Counted from the first letter of the stretch, positions 8,804 to 16,545 are shown. The stretch: 64,000 nucleotides of DNA from Parcubacteria group bacterium Gr01-1014_30 (GCA_007376185.1 VMFS01000003.1:89983-153982); one strand, 5' to 3'. Notes: generated by a model not told the origin, from the sequence alone. Program-made: numbers and translations.

Positions 8804-10240
8804 ATGTCAAAGAAACTTCTGGAAAAGTTTGTTAAAAAGGATTACGAGCTGGGTTTTGAAACTCGGGTGGAAGCAGAAACCGCCCCTCAAGGATTGTCTG
8901 AAGAGACCATTAAGTTTATTTGGCAAAAAAAGCAGGAGCCCCCTTTTATGCTTGACTGGCGGTTGAAGGCGTATCGCTACTGGTTGACGATGAAAGAGCC
9001 GACTTGGGCAAACCTCGCGTATGACCCCATTGACTACCAAAAAATAATTTATTACTCCTCGCCCAAAAAGAGGCCGGGTTCCTTGCAGGATATTGACCCT
9101 GAAATCAGAAAAACATACGAAAAACTGGGCATTCCACTCAAAGAACAGGAGGTTTTGTCGGGAGTGGTGGCCGTTGACGCTATTTTTGACAGCGTTTCCG
9201 TGCTAACAACCTACAGGAAAAAACTGCAAGAGCTCGGCATTATTTTTTGCTCAATTTCAGAGGCAACAAAAGAGTATCCCGATTTGGTTAAAAAATACTT
9301 GGGGAGCGTCGTTCCTTATACAGACAACTTTTTCGCGACTCTCAACTCGGCCGTGTTTTCAGACGGCTCTTTTGTGTACGTGCCAAAAGGGGTTAAATGC
9401 CCGATTGAACTCTCAAGTTATTTCAGAATGAACACACCGCAAGCCGGCCAGTTTGAAAGAACTTTAATTGTGGCCGAAGAGGGGAGTTACGTGAGTTACA
9501 TTGAGGGTTGTTCGGCCCCCCAAAGGTTTGAGCACCAACTGCACGCGGCCGTGGTTGAGTTGATAGCTAAAGAAGACGCACAAATCCGGTACGCCACTGT
9601 TCAGAACTGGTACCCGGGCGACAAAAAAGGCAAAGGAGGGGTTTTCAACTTTGTTACAAAAAGAGGAATGTGTGCCGGGGACAATTCCAAAATCTCCTGG
9701 ACCCAGCTGGAAACGGGTTCAGCCATAACTTGGAAATACCCGAGCTGTATTTTGAAAGGAGAAAACTCCGTTGGCGAGTTTTACTCTCTGGCGATTACCT
9801 CAAATTATCAGCAGGCTGACACCGGCACAAAAATGATTCACTTGGGTAGAAATACCAAAAGCAGAATAGTTTCCAAGAGCGTTTCGGCAATGAATGGAAA
9901 TAACAGCTTTAGGGGATTGGTAAAAGTGGTCAGGAACGCCGACAACTCGCAGAGTTTTTCAAGGTGCGACGCCCTGCTTATCGGCCCAAAATGCGGCGCT
10001 CACACGTTCCCGCATTTTGAGGTTTACAACAATACCTCGAGAGTGGGGCACGAGGCCTCAACTTCAAGAATCGGCAAAGACATAATTTTTTACCTGCGTC
10101 AAAGAGGGCTTTCAGAAGAGCAGGCCGTTGCCTTGATTGTTTCTGGTTTCACGAGAGAAGTTTTGGAGAAACTGCCTTTTGAGTTTGCCGCCGAGGCCAA
10201 AAAACTTTTATCCGTAACTTTGGAAGGCAGTGTAGGGTAA
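8804..10240 (+). CDS. sufB: Fe-S cluster assembly protein SufB
   Basis: Full-length SufB-like sequence, followed by sufC, sufD and sufS. Confidence 0.95.
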   Translation: MSKKLLEKFVKKDYELGFETRVEAETAPQGLSEETIKFIWQKKQEPPFMLDWRLKAYRYWLTMKEPTWANLAYDPIDYQKIIYYSSPKKRPGSLQDIDPEIRKTYEKLGIPLKEQEVLSGVVAVDAIFDSVSVLTTYRKKLQELGIIFCSISEATKEYPDLVKKYLGSVVPYTDNFFATLNSAVFSDGSFVYVPKGVKCPIELSSYFRMNTPQAGQFERTLIVAEEGSYVSYIEGCSAPQRFEHQLHAAVVELIAKEDAQIRYATVQNWYPGDKKGKGGVFNFVTKRGMCAGDNSKISWTQLETGSAITWKYPSCILKGENSVGEFYSLAITSNYQQADTGTKMIHLGRNTKSRIVSKSVSAMNGNNSFRGLVKVVRNADNSQSFSRCDALLIGPKCGAHTFPHFEVYNNTSRVGHEASTSRIGKDIIFYLRQRGLSEEQAVALIVSGFTREVLEKLPFEFAAEAKKLLSVTLEGSVG

Positions 10241-10264
10241 TGGTTCGGCTAGCTCACCACGAGT

Positions 10265-11002
10265 ATGCTAACTATAAAAAACCTGCAAGTTTCCACAGAA
10301 GGTAAAGAAATACTGAAAGGCGTTGATTTGGAAATAAAAGCCGGTCAAACTCATGCAATAATGGGACAAAACGGTTCAGGCAAAACAACTTTGGCCAAAA
10401 TCATAGCTGGCCAGCAGGAAGGATTTTTGGTGCAAGGCCGCATTAGTTTTTTGGGGAAAAATCTTTTGCAGATGGAGCCAGAAGAAAGAGCTAAAGCAGG
10501 AATTTTTATGGCTTTCCAAAGCCCTATTGAAATTCCAGGCCTTGCTCTTGCCAGCTTTCTTACGAGTTCTTTGAACGAAATCAGCAAAAGCAGAGGAGAA
10601 AGACCTTTAGATCCGATGGATTTTTCAGACCTCGCAAAAGAGGAAGCAGCTTTTTTAGGACTAAAACAAGAATTCCTGGCAAGAGGCGTGAACGAAGGTT
10701 TTTCCGGAGGCGAGAGAAAGAAAAACGAGATTTTCCAGATGAGGGTTTTACGGCCGTTACTCTCTATTTTGGATGAGATTGACTCAGGTCTTGACGTTGA
10801 CTCTTTAAAAAAGGTGGCTCAAGCCATAAACGAATCAAGGACACGGGAAAATAGTTTTTTAATAATCACGCATTATCAGCGAATCTTGAACTACATTAAG
10901 CCCGACTTCGTTCACGTAATGGTCGGTGGTAGAATCGCGCGCTCAGGCGGCGCAGAGTTGGCGCTGGAGATTGAGGAGAAGGGTTATGGACATCTTTCTT
11001 AA
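10265..11002 (+). CDS. sufC: Fe-S cluster assembly ATPase SufC
   Basis: Walker A GQNGSGKTT, FSGGERKK signature, ILDEIDSGLD. Confidence 0.95.
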   Translation: MLTIKNLQVSTEGKEILKGVDLEIKAGQTHAIMGQNGSGKTTLAKIIAGQQEGFLVQGRISFLGKNLLQMEPEERAKAGIFMAFQSPIEIPGLALASFLTSSLNEISKSRGERPLDPMDFSDLAKEEAAFLGLKQEFLARGVNEGFSGGERKKNEIFQMRVLRPLLSILDEIDSGLDVDSLKKVAQAINESRTRENSFLIITHYQRILNYIKPDFVHVMVGGRIARSGGAELALEIEEKGYGHLS

Positions 11003-11639
11003 AGAAAATGAGCATAGAGATTGCTTTATGCCGGATGGCGGCGGAGGTTGCAACGTTTATTTGGGAAGAAACAGTTCTTTGCGCTTTTTTACGTTTAATC
11101 TTGGAGGGAAATCTTTAAAAAACGAGCTCAATGTTGTTTTCAAAGGGAAAGGTGCGCGAGCCGAACTTTACGGGCTCTACTTGCCTCAAGACGGCCAGGT
11201 CATTGAGAACGAAACTCTTTTGCGTCACCAAGCGCCTTCTTGTGAAAGTTTTCAGCGCTACTACGGAATTTTGCCAATGGGCGGAAAAGCCGTTTTTAAC
11301 GGAAAGATTTTAATTGAAAGAAAAGCGCAAAAAACAAAAGCCTATCTTGAGAGCAAAAACATTCTTTTGAGCCCAGATGCGCAGATGCTCGGAAGGCCTT
11401 TTTTGGAGATATTTGCCGACGACGTTCAGTGCACCCACGGGTTTTCCAGTTCTCAAATTGAAGAAGACGAAATTTTTTACTTGAGAAGCCGAGGTCATAA
11501 CCTTGAGTCAGCCAAAAGAATTTTGCTCTTGAGCTTTGCTCAAAGAAATATAGACAAGGTCGCAGATGAGGAGACAAAAAATATATTATGCGAGAGGATT
11601 TCCCGATTTTTGAGCGAAAAATTGGAGGCAAAAAACTGA
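10986..11639 (+). CDS. sufD: Short SufD-like protein
   Basis: ATG 10986 follows GAGGAGAAGG. The C-terminal beta-helix region (QCTHGFSSSQIEEDEIFYLRSRG) matches SufB/D. About half the usual length. Confidence 0.75.
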   Translation: MDIFLKENEHRDCFMPDGGGGCNVYLGRNSSLRFFTFNLGGKSLKNELNVVFKGKGARAELYGLYLPQDGQVIENETLLRHQAPSCESFQRYYGILPMGGKAVFNGKILIERKAQKTKAYLESKNILLSPDAQMLGRPFLEIFADDVQCTHGFSSSQIEEDEIFYLRSRGHNLESAKRILLLSFAQRNIDKVADEETKNILCERISRFLSEKLEAKN

Positions 11640-12796
11640 TATATTTTGATTCCGCCTCGACAACTCAAAAGCCAAAAGAGGTCATTGACGCCGTTGCGTC
11701 TTTTTACAAGACCGCCAACAGCAATGTTCACAGAGGACTTTACTTCTTGAGCAGGGAAGCAACCGAGATTTTTGAAGCAACGAGAGAAAAAATCAGAAAG
11801 TTTATAAGCGCCGAGGAGGCAAGAGAAATAGTTTTTGTCAGAGGAACGACCGAAGCCATAAACTTGGTTGCAACTACTTTTGGAAAGAAGTTCGTTAAAA
11901 GGGGAGACGAAATTTTGATTTCTGAAATGGAGCATCATTCAAACATCGTGCCTTGGCAAATGGTTTGCCAGGATAGAGGCGCTAAATTAAAAATTATCCC
12001 GGTTACTGACTCTAGAGAGTTAAACTTGCAAGAGGCCGAAAAACTTATCACCAAAAAAACAAAACTTGTCGCAATAACGCACGTTTCTAACGTTCTTGGC
12101 ACAATCAACCCCGTAAAAGAAATAACAAAGTTGGCGCACAAAAAAAGAGTTCCTGTTTTGGTTGACGGCGCCCAGGCAGTGGGCCACATCAAAGTTGATG
12201 TTCGCGACTTGGATTGCGACTTCTATGCTTTTTCGGGACACAAAATGTACGGATCAACGGGCATTGGCGTTCTTTTCGGAAAAAAGGAGTGGCTGGAAAA
12301 ACTGCCGCCCTATCAGGGCGGCGGAGAAATGATAAAGCAAGTAACTTTTGAGAAAACGACTTATAACGATTTACCTTACAAGTTTGAAGCCGGCACTCCC
12401 GACATTGCCGGAGTTGTGGGCTTGGGAGCGGCGATTGACTACGTAACTAAAGTGGGCGCAGACCCGATACAGCGGCACGAGAAAGAATTGCTGAAATACG
12501 GACAAGAAGCACTATCTTCAATTGGCGGAGTAAAAATCTTTGGCAGAACAAGAAACAAAACAGGGATTATTTCTTTTATTTTGGAGAGAGTTCACCCCCA
12601 CGACGTTGGAACTTTTTTGGACGGAGAGGGTATCGCGATTAGAACCGGGCACCACTGCTGCCAACCCTTAATGGAGAGGTTGGGAGTGGTTGGCACTTGC
12701 CGGATTTCTTTCGGAATTTACAACACCAAACAAGAAATTGATAAACTAAAAACCGCTTTGTTAAAAGCAAGGGATTTCTTTCATGGAACAAACTAA
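11588..12796 (+). CDS. sufS: Cysteine desulfurase SufS (class V aminotransferase)
   Basis: HHSNIVPWQ, the PLP-Lys region FSGHKMYG, and RTGHHCCQP are present. Confidence 0.9.
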   Translation: MREDFPIFERKIGGKKLIYFDSASTTQKPKEVIDAVASFYKTANSNVHRGLYFLSREATEIFEATREKIRKFISAEEAREIVFVRGTTEAINLVATTFGKKFVKRGDEILISEMEHHSNIVPWQMVCQDRGAKLKIIPVTDSRELNLQEAEKLITKKTKLVAITHVSNVLGTINPVKEITKLAHKKRVPVLVDGAQAVGHIKVDVRDLDCDFYAFSGHKMYGSTGIGVLFGKKEWLEKLPPYQGGGEMIKQVTFEKTTYNDLPYKFEAGTPDIAGVVGLGAAIDYVTKVGADPIQRHEKELLKYGQEALSSIGGVKIFGRTRNKTGIISFILERVHPHDVGTFLDGEGIAIRTGHHCCQPLMERLGVVGTCRISFGIYNTKQEIDKLKTALLKARDFFHGTN

Positions 12797-13217
12797 GGAG
12801 CTTTACCAAGAAACAATCTTGGAACACGGACAAAACCCGAGGAATTTTGGTAGCATTAAGAAAGCGACTTATTCCACCGAAGTTTTTAATCCTCTTTGCG
12901 GAGACAGGTGTCGGGTTTACCTGAAAACTGACGGCGACAATATACGGCAAGTTTCTTTTGAAGGGCAGGGATGTTTAATTTCAATTGCGTCGGCTTCTTT
13001 GATGACCGAAATGCTTGGAGGCAGAACTTTAAAAGAGGCCTCCGAGATTTTCCGATATTTTCAAGGAATGGTAAAGAGCGGGAACTTGAGAAAGAAAATA
13101 GAGCTCGGGAAGCTGGCCGCTTTTTCAGGGATTGCAAAATTCCCCCAAAGAGTAAGGTGTGCTCTTCTGCCGTGGGAGGCAATGAGGCCGTTTACTAAAA
13201 CAACAAAATACATATGA
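12783..13217 (+). CDS. sufU: SufU/IscU-type Fe-S scaffold / sulfur acceptor
   Basis: NPLCGDR, GQGCLISIASAS and VRCALLPWEA conserved Cys motifs. Confidence 0.85.
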   Translation: MEQTKELYQETILEHGQNPRNFGSIKKATYSTEVFNPLCGDRCRVYLKTDGDNIRQVSFEGQGCLISIASASLMTEMLGGRTLKEASEIFRYFQGMVKSGNLRKKIELGKLAAFSGIAKFPQRVRCALLPWEAMRPFTKTTKYI

Positions 13218-13468
13218 AAAAGTGCGTGAGATGCATTGATGCTTTAAGCGTCGGGACCCGTTTGAAAATTATACGACGCTTGAGAAAAAGACCTCAAAAC
13301 GTTTCTGAAATTGAGGAGAGTTTTAATTTGACTCAGCCGACAATCTCTTACCACCTTGGAGTTTTGAAAAAAGCTGGCCTACTGAAAGCCAAAAAGTTGG
13401 GCAGAGAGACATACTATTCTTTGAATGAAAAATACTCATGCAAAAATTGCATCATACCAAATATATAA
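13214..13468 (+). CDS. ArsR/SmtB-family winged-helix regulator
   Basis: 84 aa. QPTISYHLGVLKKAGLL recognition helix. Last gene of the suf cluster. Confidence 0.75.
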   Translation: MKKCVRCIDALSVGTRLKIIRRLRKRPQNVSEIEESFNLTQPTISYHLGVLKKAGLLKAKKLGRETYYSLNEKYSCKNCIIPNI

Positions 13469-13472
13469 AAAC

Positions 13473-13501
13473 TTGACAGAAATTTGATTATATGCTATAC
13501 T
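13473..13501 (+). promoter_or_regulatory. Cassette A promoter
   Basis: TTGACA (13473-13478), 17-nt spacer, TATACT (13496-13501). Confidence 0.55.
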
Positions 13502-13506
13502 TCTTC

Positions 13507-13703
13507 CATTGAGTCGCACTTTGACAACTATAACTTTTGCTACTTGCAAAAACTTGCGAAAAGTCGCCATGGCTTTTTGGGTTCAATTTTGTTCGCTGAA
13601 AGCTTTGCTTTCCTCTCACCCCCTGCGCTAAAGTTTGGGGTTTTGAAGCTGAAAAGCTGTGGCGACATACCGTTGCCCGGTTCATCCGAAGGAGGATGAC
13701 GCC
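13507..13703 (+). promoter_or_regulatory. Cassette A conserved structured leader
   Basis: CATTGAGTCGCACTTTGACAAC...TGCTACTTGC...GTCGCCATGGC (13563-13573) pairs with GCTGTGGCGAC (13656-13666). AAGGAGG at 13689-13695. Shared with the other two cassettes. Confidence 0.6.
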
Positions 13704-14177
13704 ATGACTGAGATCATGCCCCCATCCGCTCGGCACGTGGAGGCAGTGAGCAAGATGTTCTGGCGCCGCGTACGCGTGAATCGCGCGCTCACCGCCGAGC
13801 AAGTGATTGACGATACAGGCCGGGTGCGGGGCTATGTCGACGAGAAAGTGCTCGCGACGATGCCTGGCGTCGGCAATGGGCCAGAAGAGGTCAAGGTGTG
13901 GTTTTTCGACCTCGACTACGACCCCACACCTAAAGAGCTGGAAAGCGAGTATCAGCTTCGGCGGCTCAAGCCTGACGCCGTCGCGCTCGCCAAGGCGAAC
14001 AAGGACGACCCAGCGCTCGCCGACGAGCGTCCCAACGCTTGCCAGTGGGGGCTCGGCGAGGACGGCAAGGCTTCTTGCGCCGTGTTCCTTCGTTTGTGCG
14101 ACTGGCGCAGCGTGCACGTCCACCGCCGCGACGATCGCTGGATTCGCCGCTACCGGTTCGCTGGCGTCCGCAAGTAG
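13704..14177 (+). CDS. GC-rich hypothetical protein, cassette A cargo
   Basis: ATG lies 8 nt after AGGAGG. 157 codons with strong G/C at third positions. C-terminus (...RYRFAGVRK) resembles the other two cassette proteins. Confidence 0.65.
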   Translation: MTEIMPPSARHVEAVSKMFWRRVRVNRALTAEQVIDDTGRVRGYVDEKVLATMPGVGNGPEEVKVWFFDLDYDPTPKELESEYQLRRLKPDAVALAKANKDDPALADERPNACQWGLGEDGKASCAVFLRLCDWRSVHVHRRDDRWIRRYRFAGVRK

Positions 14178-14235
14178 TACTTAGGTCTTGTTCCTTGGGT
14201 TTCGTGCCCTTGGAACTTGGCCGCACTCATTAAAT
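14170..14235 (+). promoter_or_regulatory. Cassette A conserved trailer (stop-codon box plus imperfect hairpin)
   Basis: GCAAGTAGTA (14170-14179) is complementary to leader 13538-13547. GGTCTTGTTCCTTGGG/CCCTTGGAACTTGGCC forms a stem with U-U mismatches. About 93% identical to 39526-39590. Confidence 0.55.
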
Positions 14236-14275
14236 GGGGCTGTGTCTGTTCGTTAGACCAGCCCTTTCTTTTTAT
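14236..14275 (+). terminator. Cassette A hairpin terminator
   Basis: GGGGCTGTGTCT-GTTCGTT-AGACCAGCCC followed by a T-run. Hairpin sequence is conserved in all three cassettes. Confidence 0.65.
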
Positions 14276-14455
14276 CCTTGTTTTGAAAAATTATCTATTG
14301 TAAAATTTTTAGTGAGAGTAGGCGAATGCGCGGGCGATCAAGGTTTCCCGTCGCCCAAATCAGTATCCATATAACCCAGAATATCTCCGACCAAGGTTTG
14401 AGGTAGATAGGTGTATGAGAGCTTAAAAAATGAAGTTACTTGATAAAGTAGCAGT

Positions 14456-15613
14456 ATGAAGAAAAAAATATACCTGGATTACGCTGCCACCACTCCGGTT
14501 GACCCGAAGGTTCAAAGGGCAATGATACCTTATTTGACACGGAGGTTTGGCAACACGATGTCTTTGCACTCTTTGGGCCAGGAAGCCAAAGTTGCTTTAG
14601 AGCAGAGCCGTTCAGAAATAGCAAGCATGCTTGGCGTCAGAAGCCCTCAAATAATCTTTACAAGTTCTGCCACAGAGAGCAATAATTTGGCTTTGAAGGG
14701 GGTCGCCTTGGCACGCCGTAGCCTTGGCGAAGGCGGCCATATCATTATTTCGTCAATTGAGCACGAGTGCGTTTTGGAATCGGCGGTTTGGTTAGAGAAG
14801 CAAGGATTTGAGATAACGCGACTCAAAGTTGATAAGTTTGGTTTTATTGACTTGCAAGAACTGGAAAGCGCCATTAGAAAAGACACGATTTTGGTTTCAG
14901 TAATTCACGCCAACAACGAAACAGGCGTTATTCAGCCTATCGCCCAAATCGGTAAAATATGCAGAGAAAAAGGAGTTTATTTACATTCAGACGCCTCTCA
15001 AAGTTTCGGCAAAATTCCCATTGACGTCAACAAGACGCAGGTTGACTTGTTGACAGCTTCCTCGCACAAGATTTACGGGCCAAAAGGAGCGGCTCTATTG
15101 TATGTAAGAGAAGGCATAAAACTTGAGCCTTTTCTTCACGGCGGAGGGCATGAGGAAGGTTTGAGGTCGTCAACCGTGAATGTTCCGGCTATAGTGGGGT
15201 TTGCGAAAGCCGCCAAAATTTGCAAAGAAGATATGAAAAAGGAGCTTGGGCGTTTGTCGCTGTTGCGAGAAAAATTTATAGATGGAGTCTTGAACAAAAT
15301 TCCTGAATCTAAACTTAACGGAAGCAAGGATAAATGCCTGCCCAACATCGTTAATTTCACTTTCAAAGGCGTGGAAGGGGAAACGTTGGTTATAAAGCTG
15401 GATTTGATGGGAATATTTGTTTCCACTGGCTCTGCCTGTTCTCTGACCACAATGGAGCCGAGCCACGTTTTGCTGGCAATGGGTTTGAATCCAAGAGACG
15501 CCAGAAGTTCCATAAGGTTTAGCTTGGGCCGTTTCATGACAGAAAAAGACATTGACTATGTTTTGAGAGTTTTGCCAGAAGCGGTAAGAGAGTTGAGGAC
15601 AAAAAGGTATTGA
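14456..15613 (+). CDS. Cysteine desulfurase (IscS/NifS family)
   Basis: IYLDYAATTP, SSHKIYGPKG (PLP Lys) and STGSACS active-site Cys loop. Confidence 0.9.
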   Translation: MKKKIYLDYAATTPVDPKVQRAMIPYLTRRFGNTMSLHSLGQEAKVALEQSRSEIASMLGVRSPQIIFTSSATESNNLALKGVALARRSLGEGGHIIISSIEHECVLESAVWLEKQGFEITRLKVDKFGFIDLQELESAIRKDTILVSVIHANNETGVIQPIAQIGKICREKGVYLHSDASQSFGKIPIDVNKTQVDLLTASSHKIYGPKGAALLYVREGIKLEPFLHGGGHEEGLRSSTVNVPAIVGFAKAAKICKEDMKKELGRLSLLREKFIDGVLNKIPESKLNGSKDKCLPNIVNFTFKGVEGETLVIKLDLMGIFVSTGSACSLTTMEPSHVLLAMGLNPRDARSSIRFSLGRFMTEKDIDYVLRVLPEAVRELRTKRY

Positions 15614-15813
15614 CCCCGCCCTTACTTTGCGATTGCGCTATTTTGCGAAGCGCGAGCGGCGAATAGCCGCATCCCGTTCATGGGCGCAGCGCTTCGCCCG
15701 CTCAAGCGACAGCGCAGAGTATAAGAAGAGATTTATCTCTTCGCCCAACAAGGGGTGCACCTATTCGGTGCGCGCACTGCGCAAAATAATACAAGGGCAA
15801 AGTAAGGGCGGGG
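15614..15813. repeat. 200-nt palindromic element, family 4 (CCCCGCCC termini)
   Basis: Arms CCCCGCCCTTACTTTGC / GCAAAGTAAGGGCGGGG. TTGA on both flanks (15610-15613, 15814-15817). Confidence 0.7.
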
Positions 15814-15849
15814 TTGACAAGATATATTGAAAATGTATATATTTAATAT

Positions 15850-16146
15850 ATGAACACCACTATACATGTTACCGTTGACAGGCAGACCAAAACCGAAGCG
15901 GCTAAACTGGCGCGAGAATTAGGTTTGGATTTGAGCACAGTGGTTAAGGCCGGGCTAAAGCAGTTTGTGGCCACCAAAACCTTCCTCGTGGAAAAAAGCC
16001 GCCGCATGACGCCATACCTGGAACGAGTTGTTGAACGGGCAAGGCAAGATTTTGCCGCCGGTCGAAATATTTCGGGTCCGTTTGTCACCGCTCGAGATGT
16101 TGCCAGACATTTGAACAAGTTCATCAAAAAAAGCAAGAACAAATAA
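15850..16146 (+). CDS. RelB/DinJ-family antitoxin
   Basis: 98 aa. Ribbon-helix-helix-like N-terminus (IHVTVDRQTKTEAAKLARELGLDLSTVVKAGL). Directly precedes a RelE-like ORF. Confidence 0.7.
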   Translation: MNTTIHVTVDRQTKTEAAKLARELGLDLSTVVKAGLKQFVATKTFLVEKSRRMTPYLERVVERARQDFAAGRNISGPFVTARDVARHLNKFIKKSKNK

Positions 16147-16147
16147 G

Positions 16148-16408
16148 GTGCGAGTGTTTTTTCATAAACATTTTGATAAACGCTTTGCGAAACTTCCGAT
16201 AAAAATTCAGAGAAAGGCCTTGGAGATAATCCAATTATTTCGAAAAGAACCGTACGCGCAAATTTTAGATAATCACGCACTGGGCGGGAAATATCTGGGT
16301 CTGCGAAGCATAGACATCACTGGTGATTTCCGCGCAATTTATGATCCTCTGGCTGACGACAGCGCTCACTTCGTTGACGTCGGCAAGCATAGCCAACTTT
16401 ACAGATAG
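16148..16408 (+). CDS. RelE/YafQ-family toxin
   Basis: 86 aa, GTG start 1 nt after the antitoxin stop. ...LGGKYLGLRSIDITGDFRAIY matches the RelE/ParE fold pattern. Confidence 0.7.
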   Translation: MRVFFHKHFDKRFAKLPIKIQRKALEIIQLFRKEPYAQILDNHALGGKYLGLRSIDITGDFRAIYDPLADDSAHFVDVGKHSQLYR

Positions 16409-16467
16409 CCCTGTTAAACGCCTGATGTCGGACACCAGGTGCTTGATAATCCCAGTAGAGAGGTTGA

Positions 16468-16545
16468 CCCCGTAATACAACTTCGACTCGCTTCGCGATT
16501 ACAGGATTTTCTAAAAGAAAATCCTGTCGAAGATGATATACGGGG
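16468..16545. repeat. Palindromic element, family 2 (CCCCGTAATACAAC...GATGATATACGGGG)
   Basis: Inverted arms. TTGA on both flanks (16464-16467, 16546-16549). A related copy lies at 45190-45298. Confidence 0.7.

Noticed and set aside
10926-10985. N-terminal extension of sufD (start at 10926), and similar long upstream extensions of zwf, trxB, GH15, tpiA, rpsL, rpsG, ppsA, adk, DoxX and gpm.
   Set aside because: The extensions overlap upstream genes or intergenic repeats and are not protein-like. The internal ATG/GTG codons coincide with the conserved N-termini of the respective families.
13507-13703. Cassette leader as a known riboswitch or small ribozyme (hammerhead, twister, fluoride, ykkC, ZTP and others).
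   Set aside because: - I could not find the conserved cores, such as CUGAUGA...GAAA for hammerhead.
- The GAAA and GUC strings present are not in a compatible arrangement.
- The GGGGCTG start of the terminator hairpin only superficially resembles a tmRNA 5' end.
13488-14184. Long alternative ORFs in cassette A: minus strand 13488-14123 (211 aa), plus-strand frame 13807-14184, and the upstream-extended start at 13659.
   Set aside because: High GC removes stop codons in all frames. Only the 13704 frame has an AGGAGG at correct spacing, a coherent G/C third-position bias, and a C-terminus shared with the other cassettes. The 13659 start would lie inside the conserved leader hairpin region.
14170-14235. 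Cassette trailers as integron attC sites, or the cassettes as retron msr-msd units.
   Set aside because: - There are no R''/R' core sites (RYYYAAC / GTTRRRY).
- The cassettes are dispersed rather than arrayed, and no integrase is present.
- The distance between the inverted boxes (480-770 nt, enclosing an ORF) is far beyond known msd sizes.
- A terminator separates the unit from the RT fragment.
15627-16280. ORF 15627-15830 (+) and ORF 15843-16280 (-).
   Set aside because: The first is the interior of the 200-nt palindromic element. The second is antisense to the well-formed RelB/RelE pair.
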